Below are positions 39,481-48,769 of a stretch of 64,000 nt of DNA, one piece after another; the stretch's first letter is position 1; the number at the start of each line of letters is the position of its first letter. Location of the stretch: NCBI GenBank assembly GCA_027310625.1, contig DAIDAM010000003.1:2239-66238 (forward strand), read 5' to 3'. The position numbers and the translations under genes were made by a program. The stretch comes from a bacterium. Lineage in GTDB: Bacteria > Patescibacteriota > Minisyncoccia > UBA6257 > 2-01-FULL-56-20. The notes beneath the pieces are model-generated. The model saw only the letters and a program-made list of their open reading frames with translations. It was not told where the DNA came from and made no database searches.

Positions 39481-40515
39481 TCACGATGCTATAGACCGGT
39501 AATATCTCTCGCCCGTCCAATAAAACATCATCACGGAAATGTCGGCGAAATCGACTCTGCTGTTTCCGTCAAAATCATATCGCGCAAACTCCGCTCCCCG
39601 CTCGCCATAAAAATAAATAAGTATTGAGAGGTCTATAAGATTAATTTTTCCGTCGCGATTCAGGTCAATCCTTGTGAAATCTTCCAGCGATGGTACGCGC
39701 GGGCCGAAGGGAGGCAAAAAGAACCCCGTTCCACCTCCCCCGCCTTGCTGAACGCCGCCACCATTATTGTTATTTTGCTGCTGTTGTTGCTGCTGGGAGC
39801 CGAAGAGCGCGAAGGAACTAAAATTGGCGGTAGAGAAAGTAACCGTTTTATTTGTAGTGTCGACTGTTGCCCCTGAAATTAATTGCCAAGAAGCATCACC
39901 GCTGCCCCACTTATAAGGGGCAAGGGTGCTTTGATCTATTCCGATAACATCGGAGTCGATATAAGTTGAAACAATAGTTGCCGTTTGCAGAAGAGTTGAA
40001 ACTGTCTCGCCGTCTGGGTTCACAAAAATGAAATCATAGGTTTTTCCTATAAAGTTTTTACCCGAGGGGGCCGGTTTGGTTGACGAAAAGAAACCGTTGG
40101 TATACGAAAACGCCTGCATCTGCAAGTCTTGAGTGTAAAAACCTGCCGGCAGAGTTATTTTAGCGGAGTCACCGCCGTTGGTTAGGGTGTAAGCACCACC
40201 AGTTGAAGCAGTAAAAGTTGGCTGTGCAGTTACCTCCGCACTGGTAGTGCAATTTGTTGTATTGAAAGTGCAAGAAGCGGAACAACTCAAAGTTCCGCTA
40301 CTAAAGCCGAGGTCGGTGCAACTTTTTACTCTCAAATCACTGCCATCGCACATTTCGCCGCCCTCCGCAGTATTATTTCCGCAAACCGAAATCTTGATTG
40401 TCGTATTTACCGTGGCATCTGGTGCGGCAAAACTAAATTTATGAAAAATAAAAAACGCGCCTCCAAAAACGAGTATGAAAAAGAAAAAATAAATAATTGA
40501 TTGATTGCTTTTCAT
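39481..40515 (-). CDS. Secreted protein with Cys-rich repeat and C-terminal dockerin type I
   Basis: CGN...GE.CDG Cys repeat; duplicated DLNRDGKINLIDL / DFDGNSRVDFADI. Confidence 0.8.
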   Translation of the reverse strand: MKSNQSIIYFFFFILVFGGAFFIFHKFSFAAPDATVNTTIKISVCGNNTAEGGEMCDGSDLRVKSCTDLGFSSGTLSCSASCTFNTTNCTTSAEVTAQPTFTASTGGAYTLTNGGDSAKITLPAGFYTQDLQMQAFSYTNGFFSSTKPAPSGKNFIGKTYDFIFVNPDGETVSTLLQTATIVSTYIDSDVIGIDQSTLAPYKWGSGDASWQLISGATVDTTNKTVTFSTANFSSFALFGSQQQQQQQNNNNGGGVQQGGGGGTGFFLPPFGPRVPSLEDFTRIDLNRDGKINLIDLSILIYFYGERGAEFARYDFDGNSRVDFADISVMMFYWTGERYYRSIAS

Positions 40516-40564
40516 TCATCTCTAAAATATTCACCCCATTAGAAACGATGATTTTTTGATAGGG

Positions 40565-41179
40565 TCATTTTCTCGCTATTTGAAATTTAAACCTTTTGGA
40601 AATATACCAAAGCAAGGCCGCGACAAAAATCACCGCCAAAACAATGGTATCCCATGGGTGATAGCGCGAGTATAAACTGATAAAGCGGTAATAGATTCCT
40701 TGGAAAAAATTGGCTGGCGCAATTGTGAACCAAAGCTGAGTGGCAGCGGCAATGCCGATCGAAGTTTCGCCGGCAACAGATTTTTTCATCGGCTGGGCTT
40801 CCAAAAGCGCATAATAATTCCCCGGCGTTACTTTGGTCGGAAGAGTAAGTGTTACTTTGACGGTCTGGACCTTACCTGGTTCAAGAGAAAATGTTTGAGG
40901 CGTAAAAGTGAACCATTCTTCTGCCGGTCTAAGTCCCATATCGCTTCTCGTTTCCTGTTTTTCAAAGTATTGAACCGAAACTTGGTAATTAGCCGTCTCA
41001 TCGCCGGTGTTTAAAACCGGAACCGCCGGTAAATCATAAATACCGCCGGCTCTAAGCTGTTCATCTGTATAGATTTTGCCAGCACCAACTCCAACCCCGA
41101 TTCTGGCAAATACCGCAGCTGGCAGAATTAAAATCAGCGCAGATAATATTAAAAATTTTAACGCAGATTTAAAACTCAT
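40565..41179 (-). CDS. PapD/DUF916-like Ig domain protein with C-terminal TM
   Basis: V.NTGD, WFTFTP..F.LEPG....V.V.L.LP....PG.Y. Confidence 0.65.
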   Translation of the reverse strand: MSFKSALKFLILSALILILPAAVFARIGVGVGAGKIYTDEQLRAGGIYDLPAVPVLNTGDETANYQVSVQYFEKQETRSDMGLRPAEEWFTFTPQTFSLEPGKVQTVKVTLTLPTKVTPGNYYALLEAQPMKKSVAGETSIGIAAATQLWFTIAPANFFQGIYYRFISLYSRYHPWDTIVLAVIFVAALLWYISKRFKFQIARK

Positions 41180-41211
41180 AAATTATGATCGCAAAAACTT
41201 CCCATAGCCAC

Positions 41212-41274
41212 ATCCCGCTAGAAATGAAGCGCACAAAATTTTAATTTAACTTCGGCGTCAATTTCTAACGGGAT
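41212..41274. repeat. Empty CCCGTTAGA-family IR element
   Basis: ATCCCGCTAGAAAT...ATTTCTAACGGGAT; ends resemble the GIY-YIG cassette ends. Confidence 0.75.
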
Positions 41275-41275
41275 T

Positions 41276-41797
41276 TTAAAAGGCAATAGCTGTGAGAGTA
41301 ACATTGGGGCTCTGCTGTGTGAACACGGTTGAAGGATTCGGCGTTGTGATCTGCAAGTTCAAGGTCGAGGTTCCCGCCGCCGCTATATTAGTCGCCAGGT
41401 CCTGATCCGAAGTGGTTAACGCCGTGCCACCAGAAAAAGTGGAACAAGTACCATTCTTGAACTGATGCACATATTGATCGCTTGCCGTCGTAGCTCCCAA
41501 TGCCCAGTTGGCGGTGGCCACCCCCTTGATCCTGAAAGTTTCCGCCACATTGCCATCATTAGTAACGGTTTGAGCATCGTTTAGTTCTGAAGTGCATGTG
41601 CTCTTGCTGGTATTAGAGCCGAGTGTTCCATACGCGACCGCACCATCAGCAACGGAAAGCGAAATACTCTGCACCGTAACCGTGGCCGTAACTGTTGCCG
41701 AAGAACCAGCCAAAGCCACTGAATAAGCGACGAGTATCCCAGCTAGCCCGATTATTCCAGTAGAAACAACGAACGGTTTTGTAATTTTTCTTGACAT
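41276..41797 (-). CDS. Secreted Thr-rich putative major filament subunit
   Basis: Signal peptide, alternating N-terminal strand ATVTATVTV, domain highly similar to the C-terminus of 42104-43981. Confidence 0.65.
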   Translation of the reverse strand: MSRKITKPFVVSTGIIGLAGILVAYSVALAGSSATVTATVTVQSISLSVADGAVAYGTLGSNTSKSTCTSELNDAQTVTNDGNVAETFRIKGVATANWALGATTASDQYVHQFKNGTCSTFSGGTALTTSDQDLATNIAAAGTSTLNLQITTPNPSTVFTQQSPNVTLTAIAF

Positions 41798-41924
41798 ATC
41801 TTTGTTAATTTAAATTTATACCAAACTTATAATTCGACCATTTAATAAACACAAAAAGCGCCGCTAAAACAGCGCCTTAAGTGTCTACGATTATAAGTAA
41901 AGAAGTAAAATCGCGGAGCGATTT

Positions 41925-41959
<35 letters not shown>

Positions 41960-42103
41960 TTTTGACTCCGAGGTTTGATAAAATAAAATAAGTGTCCTTA
42001 TCATAGCCATATATAAACTACGAGTTTATTATACCACATATCAACTTGAAATGTAACCAATACAATTCCATTATATCACTAATCAGCTTGATAATCTACA
42101 ATT

Positions 42104-43981
42104 TTACGGTTGTACGGCGGTAATCGTCACATCCACTGACTGTTGAGTGTAAACCGTGGAAGGATTCGGGGTGTTAATTTGAAGATTCAGCGTGGCTGTC
42201 CCGCTCGGCGCAATACCAGTCGCAAATGACTGATCGGAAGTCGTCAGGGCAGTACCCCCAGAAAAAGTGGAACAAGTACCATTCAAAAATTTCTGCACAT
42301 ACTGGTTGCTTCCCGCTGTCGCCCCCAGCGTCCAGTTGGCGGAATTCTGACCACGGATATTGAAATTCTCGTTTACATTTCCATTATTAGTAACCGTTTG
42401 AGCATCATTTAATTCAGTAGAACAAGTGCTTTTGGTGGTGTTCGCCGGGATCGTCCCATAAGTGACCACTCCATCGGAAACGGTGACAGAAATAGTCGGC
42501 GTCAATGTGGTGAAAGTGTTGCAAGTCGTAGAATCTGTGAAAGTATTACTGCCATCAGGGTCTTTGACTGACGCCTTCCACCAGTATTGGGTGTTGTAGG
42601 AGAGTGCATCAGCTGACTGTAAAGTAAAACTGCCTTGAGTGCCGGAGTTATAGCATGATGTTGGATTATTGGTGCAGGTCGCGTCAGTTCCGCCCCAACC
42701 GGTAGAATTAGTTGATTGGTCATGAGCATTTCCTACAACCGTCGTGCATGCGCTGTTCGAATAAATTGTGACTTTATAGCTCAAATGGTCTGGGTCGGGA
42801 TCGGTCGCGGTCATTAAAAAAGTTGGGGTTACCGAAACGCCAGTCGCGCTATTTGCCGGCGAATCCTGCGAAGGCGCGTTGGGCGCGACATTAGTGTTTT
42901 TTTTCGCGTAAACCACATTGAAATAGAGCGGCATGTTGTCCGTACCGGTATTGAAAGTGGCAGTAAGGGTATGGGTATGCGTCGAACCGGCGGCCGCGGT
43001 GCCACTTGTTGAGCTGCCCTTTGTTTTGGCGCTGGCTGCGCCGGACGCGCCGCTGGTTTCGTTGGCATGATCATGGGTTGTGGCGCCCTGTGAAGTGCCA
43101 TTATAACTCGTGAAGTCGCGAATAAATTGCTGATAAAAGGGGCCTCCACTTGCCGATTTTATTGTCCATGCCGAACCCGGATCGCCGTCGAACATGGCAA
43201 TCATTCCATTGGGCAAAGATGCAGTATTAGAATTCGCCTTGGCGATGATTACTTGAATATAAGGCGGGAGAGCTGTCATGCTTGCGGTTTGCGTAGCAGC
43301 GGGGGCAGTATGGGTATGCGTAGTTGCGGCACCTGCATTAGCTGTACCAGAGCAAGTATTGAGCGTACCGTTTGCAGTTCCAAGAGAACTCCAAGTAAGC
43401 GAATGGGTATGCGTGTCTGATCCTCCCGTGCCGACCGTGGAGTTAACTTCAATCATTTTATTGTTGATGGTGCCCGATTGATCAGTCCATCCTGAAGGAG
43501 CAGCTGCGTCAAAAATCGCGATTGCGCCGGCCGGAATGGAAACAGGAATGCCGGCGTCAAATTGAATGAGTTTATAACTTTGATAAGCCGGCAAATTGTT
43601 CGCCGACCCAACCGTGACGGAAAGCGAAGCGTGTGTGTGATTGTAGGAAGAACAAGAGTTGGTAGAAGCCGCAGTCGTTCCTGCTGATGGCGCGCTGTTT
43701 GTGACACTTGCTACCGTTGGCGTATGCGTGGAATTTCCTCCAGTCGTGCCGAAATTCGCCACCGCCTCTCCGCGCGGGAACTTTCCGTCATAAGTTGTTA
43801 CGATACTCCAGCCGGTCGGAGCAGACGCACCATCCCAAAAAAGAAGCATGCGCACTGTGGCGGCTTTTGCATCTTTTGCCCCCGGGGGCACGGGTGGATT
43901 ATTCCAAATTCGCGGCCAGCCGGAAAAAATCCAACCTGCTATTAAAACTATAATTAAAAATTTTTTTATATAACGAGACAT
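42104..43981 (-). CDS. Large secreted adhesin-like protein with three tail-collar-like repeats, an Ig domain and a C-terminal subunit domain
   Basis: Three repeats F.....P.GW...G.F.R....G...HTH...LP.Y; C-terminal ~125 aa match 41276-41797. Confidence 0.7.
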   Translation of the reverse strand: MSRYIKKFLIIVLIAGWIFSGWPRIWNNPPVPPGAKDAKAATVRMLLFWDGASAPTGWSIVTTYDGKFPRGEAVANFGTTGGNSTHTPTVASVTNSAPSAGTTAASTNSCSSYNHTHASLSVTVGSANNLPAYQSYKLIQFDAGIPVSIPAGAIAIFDAAAPSGWTDQSGTINNKMIEVNSTVGTGGSDTHTHSLTWSSLGTANGTLNTCSGTANAGAATTHTHTAPAATQTASMTALPPYIQVIIAKANSNTASLPNGMIAMFDGDPGSAWTIKSASGGPFYQQFIRDFTSYNGTSQGATTHDHANETSGASGAASAKTKGSSTSGTAAAGSTHTHTLTATFNTGTDNMPLYFNVVYAKKNTNVAPNAPSQDSPANSATGVSVTPTFLMTATDPDPDHLSYKVTIYSNSACTTVVGNAHDQSTNSTGWGGTDATCTNNPTSCYNSGTQGSFTLQSADALSYNTQYWWKASVKDPDGSNTFTDSTTCNTFTTLTPTISVTVSDGVVTYGTIPANTTKSTCSTELNDAQTVTNNGNVNENFNIRGQNSANWTLGATAGSNQYVQKFLNGTCSTFSGGTALTTSDQSFATGIAPSGTATLNLQINTPNPSTVYTQQSVDVTITAVQP

Positions 43982-43983
43982 AC

Positions 43984-44535
43984 TTAAGGCGTACCCAATA
44001 CATTGGGATTTGTAATATCAAAAAGTGTTTCGGAAATAAAATTGGAGCTATTTTTGCAGGATTCGTAACTCACTCCCGCACCGGAGCCAATACAAGCATC
44101 GAAATCATAGCCGTATTCTACAAAGCTATAATGGCCCGGCGGTAAATTGGTAAGAGGGGTGCCATTATTGCCGAAACACTGCGGAGTGCATAAAGAAAAT
44201 TCTCCGACAGTCCGCATGGAATTGATATCTTGATCAAAATATTTAATCGCAGCACAGAGGTTATTGGCGGCATCCAGATTATTACTAATGGCAATCGGAT
44301 GGTCGGGTTTATCTAAATTATAGATAAAGCCGTTATGATTATTAAAATCAAAATCGCTGAAAGCTATTGCGCAAGCATTATCTGCCGCTGGAGTGGCAAT
44401 ATTTATCGCCCGCGCCTCTCTAATTTCTGGCGGTATTCGTAGATTTTGCCAAATCTGCGGCCGGCCGGAAAAAATCCAAGCAAAAATAATAAGAAATATA
44501 ATTCCTGTCCGTAAATATTTAATGTGCGCATTCAT
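43984..44535 (-). CDS. Secreted Cys-containing hypothetical protein
   Basis: Leader WIFSG.P.IW.N...PP..(R/K).A.A shared with 42104-43981; 6 Cys. Confidence 0.6.
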   Translation of the reverse strand: MNAHIKYLRTGIIFLIIFAWIFSGRPQIWQNLRIPPEIREARAINIATPAADNACAIAFSDFDFNNHNGFIYNLDKPDHPIAISNNLDAANNLCAAIKYFDQDINSMRTVGEFSLCTPQCFGNNGTPLTNLPPGHYSFVEYGYDFDACIGSGAGVSYESCKNSSNFISETLFDITNPNVLGTP

Positions 44536-44606
44536 CTGCTATTAATCTATATTATAACAAGTGGAACGGCGTGCAATACTTAATTGCTTCTTGACTGCTT
44601 TACTTT

Positions 44607-44677
44607 ACCCCGTTAGAAATCGGACGAATAACGAATTCAGGCGGAGTTATGCAACTATGTCTGATTTCTAACGGGGT
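44607..44677. repeat. Empty CCCGTTAGA-family IR element
   Basis: ACCCCGTTAGAAATC...GATTTCTAACGGGGT. Confidence 0.8.
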
Positions 44678-44849
44678 TTATATTCAATCAAAATTTCCTG
44701 CTTATCTTTTAAAACATGATTTTCGTAGTCGGCATTCGGCTAACTGTCAACAGACGTTACAGTTTTGCGACTGTCATCGGTTTGATAATCCAAAATTTGG
44801 TTTTTGAAAAACAGCTTGCCTCAGACGCTGAAAAAATCTGCAAGCATTA

Positions 44850-45028
44850 GGGGGATTTACCGAAAAATTCTCGCTTTCACTCCCTAGCCGGGAGTTTGGA
44901 CGCTCAAACAAACGCCGGACAAGCGCCGGAGAGTCAAACTGCTTGAGGCAAAAATTGAAAACGGAAAATTAATTCTCCGAAAAATTCAGACGGAGGGAGA
45001 AAAACCGAAACGCCTTTACGGTGTTTGA
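44850..45028 (+). pseudogene. Degenerate duplicate of the fmt 3' end
   Basis: IYRKILAF.P*PG.WT...KLLEAKIENGKL.L.KIQ.EGEKPK; GAGGCAAAAATTGAAAACGGAAAA identical to fmt 36374-36397. Confidence 0.8.
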
Positions 45029-45029
45029 G

Positions 45030-45989
45030 TCAGCGCTTGAAGCCGTCTTTTTCTATTTTGTTTATTTCTCGCCGTAATTCTTTGCCAAATTCGGCGGCAT
45101 CGCGCTCAACCGCATCTCTCAATCTCTTGAACCGCAGACCAATTAAGTACAAAGTGAATAAAACCTCGATTATCGTGAGCGGCAAAATCCACCAACTGGT
45201 GAAAAATATCAGCAACCGGTAAAGAAGCGACGCCGGCTCGGTTTTGGGCACAACGCTGAACTGAATCACCGAATCGCGGAAATTTCCCGCGAAATCGTAG
45301 GCGCGAACGGCCAGAATTCTTGAATACTTCGTAGATTGTTCGGGTAAAACGTAATCTCCGTCTTCGTTTTTCAAAATTTCGGGATTAAACCATTCCCCTT
45401 CCCCGATTTTCGCTTTCTCGTAGGCAACGCCGGATACTCTGTCGCTTGCTTTCCAGCCGAAAACCGGACGATTGCTTGAAATATCTTTGTCAACGCGCGT
45501 TATGTCAAATGACTCCGGCGGCGTCCTGTCCAAAAGAAAATGTTTTACTGTAATCGGCCCCCAATAACCCCTTTCGTTAAAGGCGACGGAAAAATAACGG
45601 TCGCCGTCAACAAGCGGCCTCAGGTCATACGCGGCTTCCGACACTCTTCCTTTGCTGACTTTCGGAAATTCGTAATTGAGATTTTCCGAAAAAACATAAT
45701 TCACGCCTTCCACTGCCGGAGGAATTTCCCAGCTGAATTTTATCGAATCCAAACTGTAGTACCTGCATTCAATTACATTCACGGGCGGTTCCGAATAAAT
45801 CACCGGAGCCGGGATGTAAGGAACTGTTGATGTTGTGCGATAGAGCGTAAACTCGTTCGGCAGAAGTATGCAGGAACCGGTCCACTTGCAAACAATCGGC
45901 GTGCTTCTCACCCACAAAAGAGAAAAAATTATCGCGGCGGTGACGGCGATTATCAAAACAATCACGCCGACGTTGCCTTTGGCATTCAT
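45030..45989 (-). CDS. Membrane-anchored Ig-like surface protein, paralog of the central part of 36445-38544
   Basis: DRTPPESF..., SNRPV, SGV, VRAYDFAGN vs DNTPPASF, SNRRP, SGI, VKAYDKAGN. Confidence 0.7.
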   Translation of the reverse strand: MNAKGNVGVIVLIIAVTAAIIFSLLWVRSTPIVCKWTGSCILLPNEFTLYRTTSTVPYIPAPVIYSEPPVNVIECRYYSLDSIKFSWEIPPAVEGVNYVFSENLNYEFPKVSKGRVSEAAYDLRPLVDGDRYFSVAFNERGYWGPITVKHFLLDRTPPESFDITRVDKDISSNRPVFGWKASDRVSGVAYEKAKIGEGEWFNPEILKNEDGDYVLPEQSTKYSRILAVRAYDFAGNFRDSVIQFSVVPKTEPASLLYRLLIFFTSWWILPLTIIEVLFTLYLIGLRFKRLRDAVERDAAEFGKELRREINKIEKDGFKR

Positions 45990-46270
45990 CCCGTTAGAGA
46001 CAGGAAGCGTTTCATTCTATTTTTCAGATAGCGCTTGCCCATGCCTGATTTAAGGTATCTTTCTCTCGACCTTGCGTCGGCGACGTTTTTAGAAAATTCT
46101 CCATAGATGAGTTCAAATGGACCCCTGCCCCTAGTCCAGCCGGCAACACCATCATTGTGCTCATTGAAGCGCTTCCGTAAGTTATCAGTGAAGCCTGTAT
46201 ACCACACACCGTCCCTCTTGCTGCGCAAGACATAGACATAGTAGAATTTATTGTCTCTAACGGGATTCAC
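45986..46270 (-). CDS. GIY-YIG nuclease (small, standalone)
   Basis: YYVYVL.S....WYTGFT.NL..R..EHN.G; RE..LKSG.G; GTG start about 10 nt after TATAAT. Confidence 0.9.
   Translation of the reverse strand: MNPVRDNKFYYVYVLRSKRDGVWYTGFTDNLRKRFNEHNDGVAGWTRGRGPFELIYGEFSKNVADARSRERYLKSGMGKRYLKNRMKRFLSLTG
45988..46266. mobile_element. GIY-YIG cassette bounded by a perfect 15-bp terminal inverted repeat
   Basis: ATCCCGTTAGAGACA (45988-46002) / TGTCTCTAACGGGAT (46252-46266). Confidence 0.7.
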
Positions 46271-46310
46271 TTCCGCTAGATTATACCAGCGGCAGCCGAA
46301 TATCAAAAAA

Positions 46311-46381
46311 TGGGGGTTCGTCTAATGGTAGGACACATCCCTTTGAAGGATGGTATTGGGGTTCGAGTCCCTGACCCCCAG
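46311..46381 (+). tRNA. trnQ: tRNA-Gln(UUG)
   Basis: Acceptor TGGGGGT/ACCCCCA, anticodon arm CATCC-CTTTGAA-GGATG, GTTCGAGTCC T-loop; no encoded CCA. Confidence 0.95.
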
Positions 46382-46394
46382 CAAATAAAAAATC

Positions 46395-46970
46395 ATGCGA
46401 ACTTACGGAAAAATGAGAAAACACAGGCCGTATGAATTAAAGGAATACGATCCTGAATGGAAAGAAAAATTCCTTGAATACGCCGGACGATTGAAACCGA
46501 TTTTGGGCGACAACCTTCTTGAGATAGAACACATGGGAAGCACTGCTATTGAAGGAATGGTTGCAAAACCGCAAATCGATATACTCGCAATTGTAAAAGA
46601 TTTAGATAAAATTAAAGATATTTATGACCGTTTCATCTCCGAAGGATTTACTCCTCGCGGGAGAGAGTATGTCGGAATCGGGGATGAATATGTGACTCTC
46701 GACGCTCCAAACGGGAAAAGACTCGCAAGCATCCATATTTTTCAAAAAGGCCACCCCCGAATTGCGGAGGACAGATTATTCAGAAAATACTTGTCTACGC
46801 ATGAATCGGATAAACAGCTGTATATAAAAACCAAAAAAGAACTTTATGCCAAACACCGTGATAATTATGAAGGATACGACACGGGCAAAAATAATGTAAT
46901 CAAGGCAATCAAATTACGCGCTCAACAGTGGGCCGACGAAATTGATGGAAGTTCAATTCCAAGCCCATAG
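46395..46970 (+). CDS. GrpB family nucleotidyltransferase-fold protein
   Basis: YDPEW, IEHMGSTAI.G..AKPQIDI, FR.YL. Confidence 0.88.
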   Translation: MRTYGKMRKHRPYELKEYDPEWKEKFLEYAGRLKPILGDNLLEIEHMGSTAIEGMVAKPQIDILAIVKDLDKIKDIYDRFISEGFTPRGREYVGIGDEYVTLDAPNGKRLASIHIFQKGHPRIAEDRLFRKYLSTHESDKQLYIKTKKELYAKHRDNYEGYDTGKNNVIKAIKLRAQQWADEIDGSSIPSP

Positions 46971-46979
46971 CCGCAAATT

Positions 46980-47585
46980 ATGCCCCACGCTTTTAAAACA
47001 GATTTGGTCGTTTCTCTTGCGAGCGGAATTTTTATCGGCGGCGCGCTATTTGGCGTCTTTCCCGAATCGTCCGGAAAGATCGGGATGACGGCGGCCGCAT
47101 TGTGGCTGGCGGGCGGACTCGTCGGCTGGTGGATAGCAAAAGTTTCTCTGCAGAAATTAAAAAAGCCGGCGATGCCGATTCTCACCGCAATCACAATCTG
47201 GATTCATTCCGTTTTGGAAGGAGTTGTTACGGGTCTTGCTTTCGGCGTATCGCAAATATTCGGCGTTTTCGTATTCGTCGCAATAACGCTTCACGTCCTA
47301 CCGGAATTTTTCGCGGCAACGGTGCTTATGAAAGGAACGGGTTCGACAACGAAAGGTTCGATTGCGACCTCTCTTGCGGGGTTTGGTCTTCTTTACGCAA
47401 GCTTTGCGGCGACGTATTTGCTGCTGCCCGACTTCGGAGCAGTACTGCCCGCGGCGCTTGCCGTGTCCGGCGGCGCGTTCATCTTCATCGGCCTTGCGAG
47501 TTTCTGGAAAAGAAAATCGTTTTGGAATTTTGTTTCGCTCCTGGTCGGCGCGCTGGCCGTTTTCCTGCAAACAAACCTGCAGTAA
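46980..47585 (+). CDS. ZIP-like metal transporter membrane protein
   Basis: HSVLEG..G and AI.LH.LPE motifs; multi-TM. Confidence 0.7.
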   Translation: MPHAFKTDLVVSLASGIFIGGALFGVFPESSGKIGMTAAALWLAGGLVGWWIAKVSLQKLKKPAMPILTAITIWIHSVLEGVVTGLAFGVSQIFGVFVFVAITLHVLPEFFAATVLMKGTGSTTKGSIATSLAGFGLLYASFAATYLLLPDFGAVLPAALAVSGGAFIFIGLASFWKRKSFWNFVSLLVGALAVFLQTNLQ

Positions 47586-47639
47586 GAAAAATACTGAAAC
47601 TAATTTCATCGATAATCGCAAACCAGTAAACGAGAGTTT

Positions 47640-47682
47640 CCGAAAACACAAAAGCCCCGCAAAGGGGCTTTTGTGTTTTCGG
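47640..47682. terminator. Bidirectional terminator hairpin
   Basis: CCGAAAACACAAAAGCCCC-GCAAA-GGGGCTTTTGTGTTTTCGG between convergent genes. Confidence 0.8.
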
Positions 47683-47702
47683 CGTTTTCAGTTTTCAGAA
47701 AC

Positions 47703-47921
47703 TTACAGCGAATTCAAATCGGTATCAACAGGTCCGAAGTCCGGCTCCTGAACGTTTATGCTGTTCAGATTGCTGTTGATGGAAGCGGTGTTGTCGCTCG
47801 TTGACAAAGCTCCCGCCGGCGCGCCGGTTGTCGGAGCGGAAGCGGGCTGATTCGACCACCACCAAACACCGAGAATAATAATGACGACAACTGCGATTAA
47901 AATGTAGGTTGATTTGTTCAT
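47703..47921 (-). CDS. Small single-TM protein
   Basis: N-terminal TM; acidic tail D.DLNSL. Confidence 0.7.
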   Translation of the reverse strand: MNKSTYILIAVVVIIILGVWWWSNQPASAPTTGAPAGALSTSDNTASINSNLNSINVQEPDFGPVDTDLNSL

Positions 47922-47931
47922 GGGCTAAAAT

Positions 47932-48663
47932 TTACTGGTTTGTAGATGTGGTAGTTGATGTTGCCGTGGAGGTTGGCTGCTTCAATTCGTCAACGCCGCG
48001 AATCTGACCCAAGGTTACCGCGGCGTTTCTCACTGCTTCGCGCGCCGCTTTTACGGCATCGCCAACTTTTTTCAAGTCCCCTTGCAACGCTTTGCGAGCT
48101 TCGCCTACAACGTTTTTGAGAGTCGCATCGGTCGTGACATTAAGCGTGTAAACTTTACTCACCTGCGCCGTTACGGCCGCACGCGCGGCGTCAATCGCCG
48201 TCTGCGCTTTTGTAATCGCCGTCCTCACAGAAGCGACGTCAAGGCCGCTGGTCTGCGCCTTGTCCGCGCGCGAAACAATCCTTTTCAGAACGTCGCTGAT
48301 TTGGTCAAGAACATTAGAATAGTGAGTTGTCATTCTGGCGTTGAGATCGGTCAAACTCTTATCAATCCGCTCAACTGCCGCTTTCTTTCTTTCGTCTTTT
48401 ATATTCTGAAGTTTCGTCTTCAGTTCCTCGCGGCTTGACTGTATCGCTGTTTTCAAATTCTCGCGCATAGATTCGACTTTCTGCTTGAAAGCTTCCCGCT
48501 CTTTCTGTATTTGTTCCTGAGTCGCCTGACGCATAACCTGAACCTGCTGTTTCGCCGCCGACCTTATATCCTGAACCCGCGTTGAGGTCGTAGAAGTCGT
48601 CTGCGCCGACGCGCTAAAAACGAGCGCTGACGAAAAAACGACCGTTAAAAATGTTTTAAGCAT
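47932..48663 (-). CDS. Secreted coiled-coil protein
   Basis: Signal peptide from ATG 48663; long Ala/Lys-rich helices; TST tails. Confidence 0.8.
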   Translation of the reverse strand: MLKTFLTVVFSSALVFSASAQTTSTTSTRVQDIRSAAKQQVQVMRQATQEQIQKEREAFKQKVESMRENLKTAIQSSREELKTKLQNIKDERKKAAVERIDKSLTDLNARMTTHYSNVLDQISDVLKRIVSRADKAQTSGLDVASVRTAITKAQTAIDAARAAVTAQVSKVYTLNVTTDATLKNVVGEARKALQGDLKKVGDAVKAAREAVRNAAVTLGQIRGVDELKQPTSTATSTTTSTNQ

Positions 48664-48769
48664 GGGGTAATTATAGCAAACCCGCCAGTGGCGCAAGCAT
48701 CCCCTGTGGATAAAATGTTTAACAGGGAACTCTTTTGATATAATGATGATGTCCGAAGATAAAGACGAA

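Noticed and set aside
39764-39793. Poly-Gln/Asn tract as a contingency locus
   Set aside because: It uses mixed codons in an in-frame flexible linker and cannot shift the frame.
42104-43981. Prophage suggested by tail-collar-like repeats
   Set aside because: The protein has a signal peptide, and no capsid, terminase or integrase genes are nearby.
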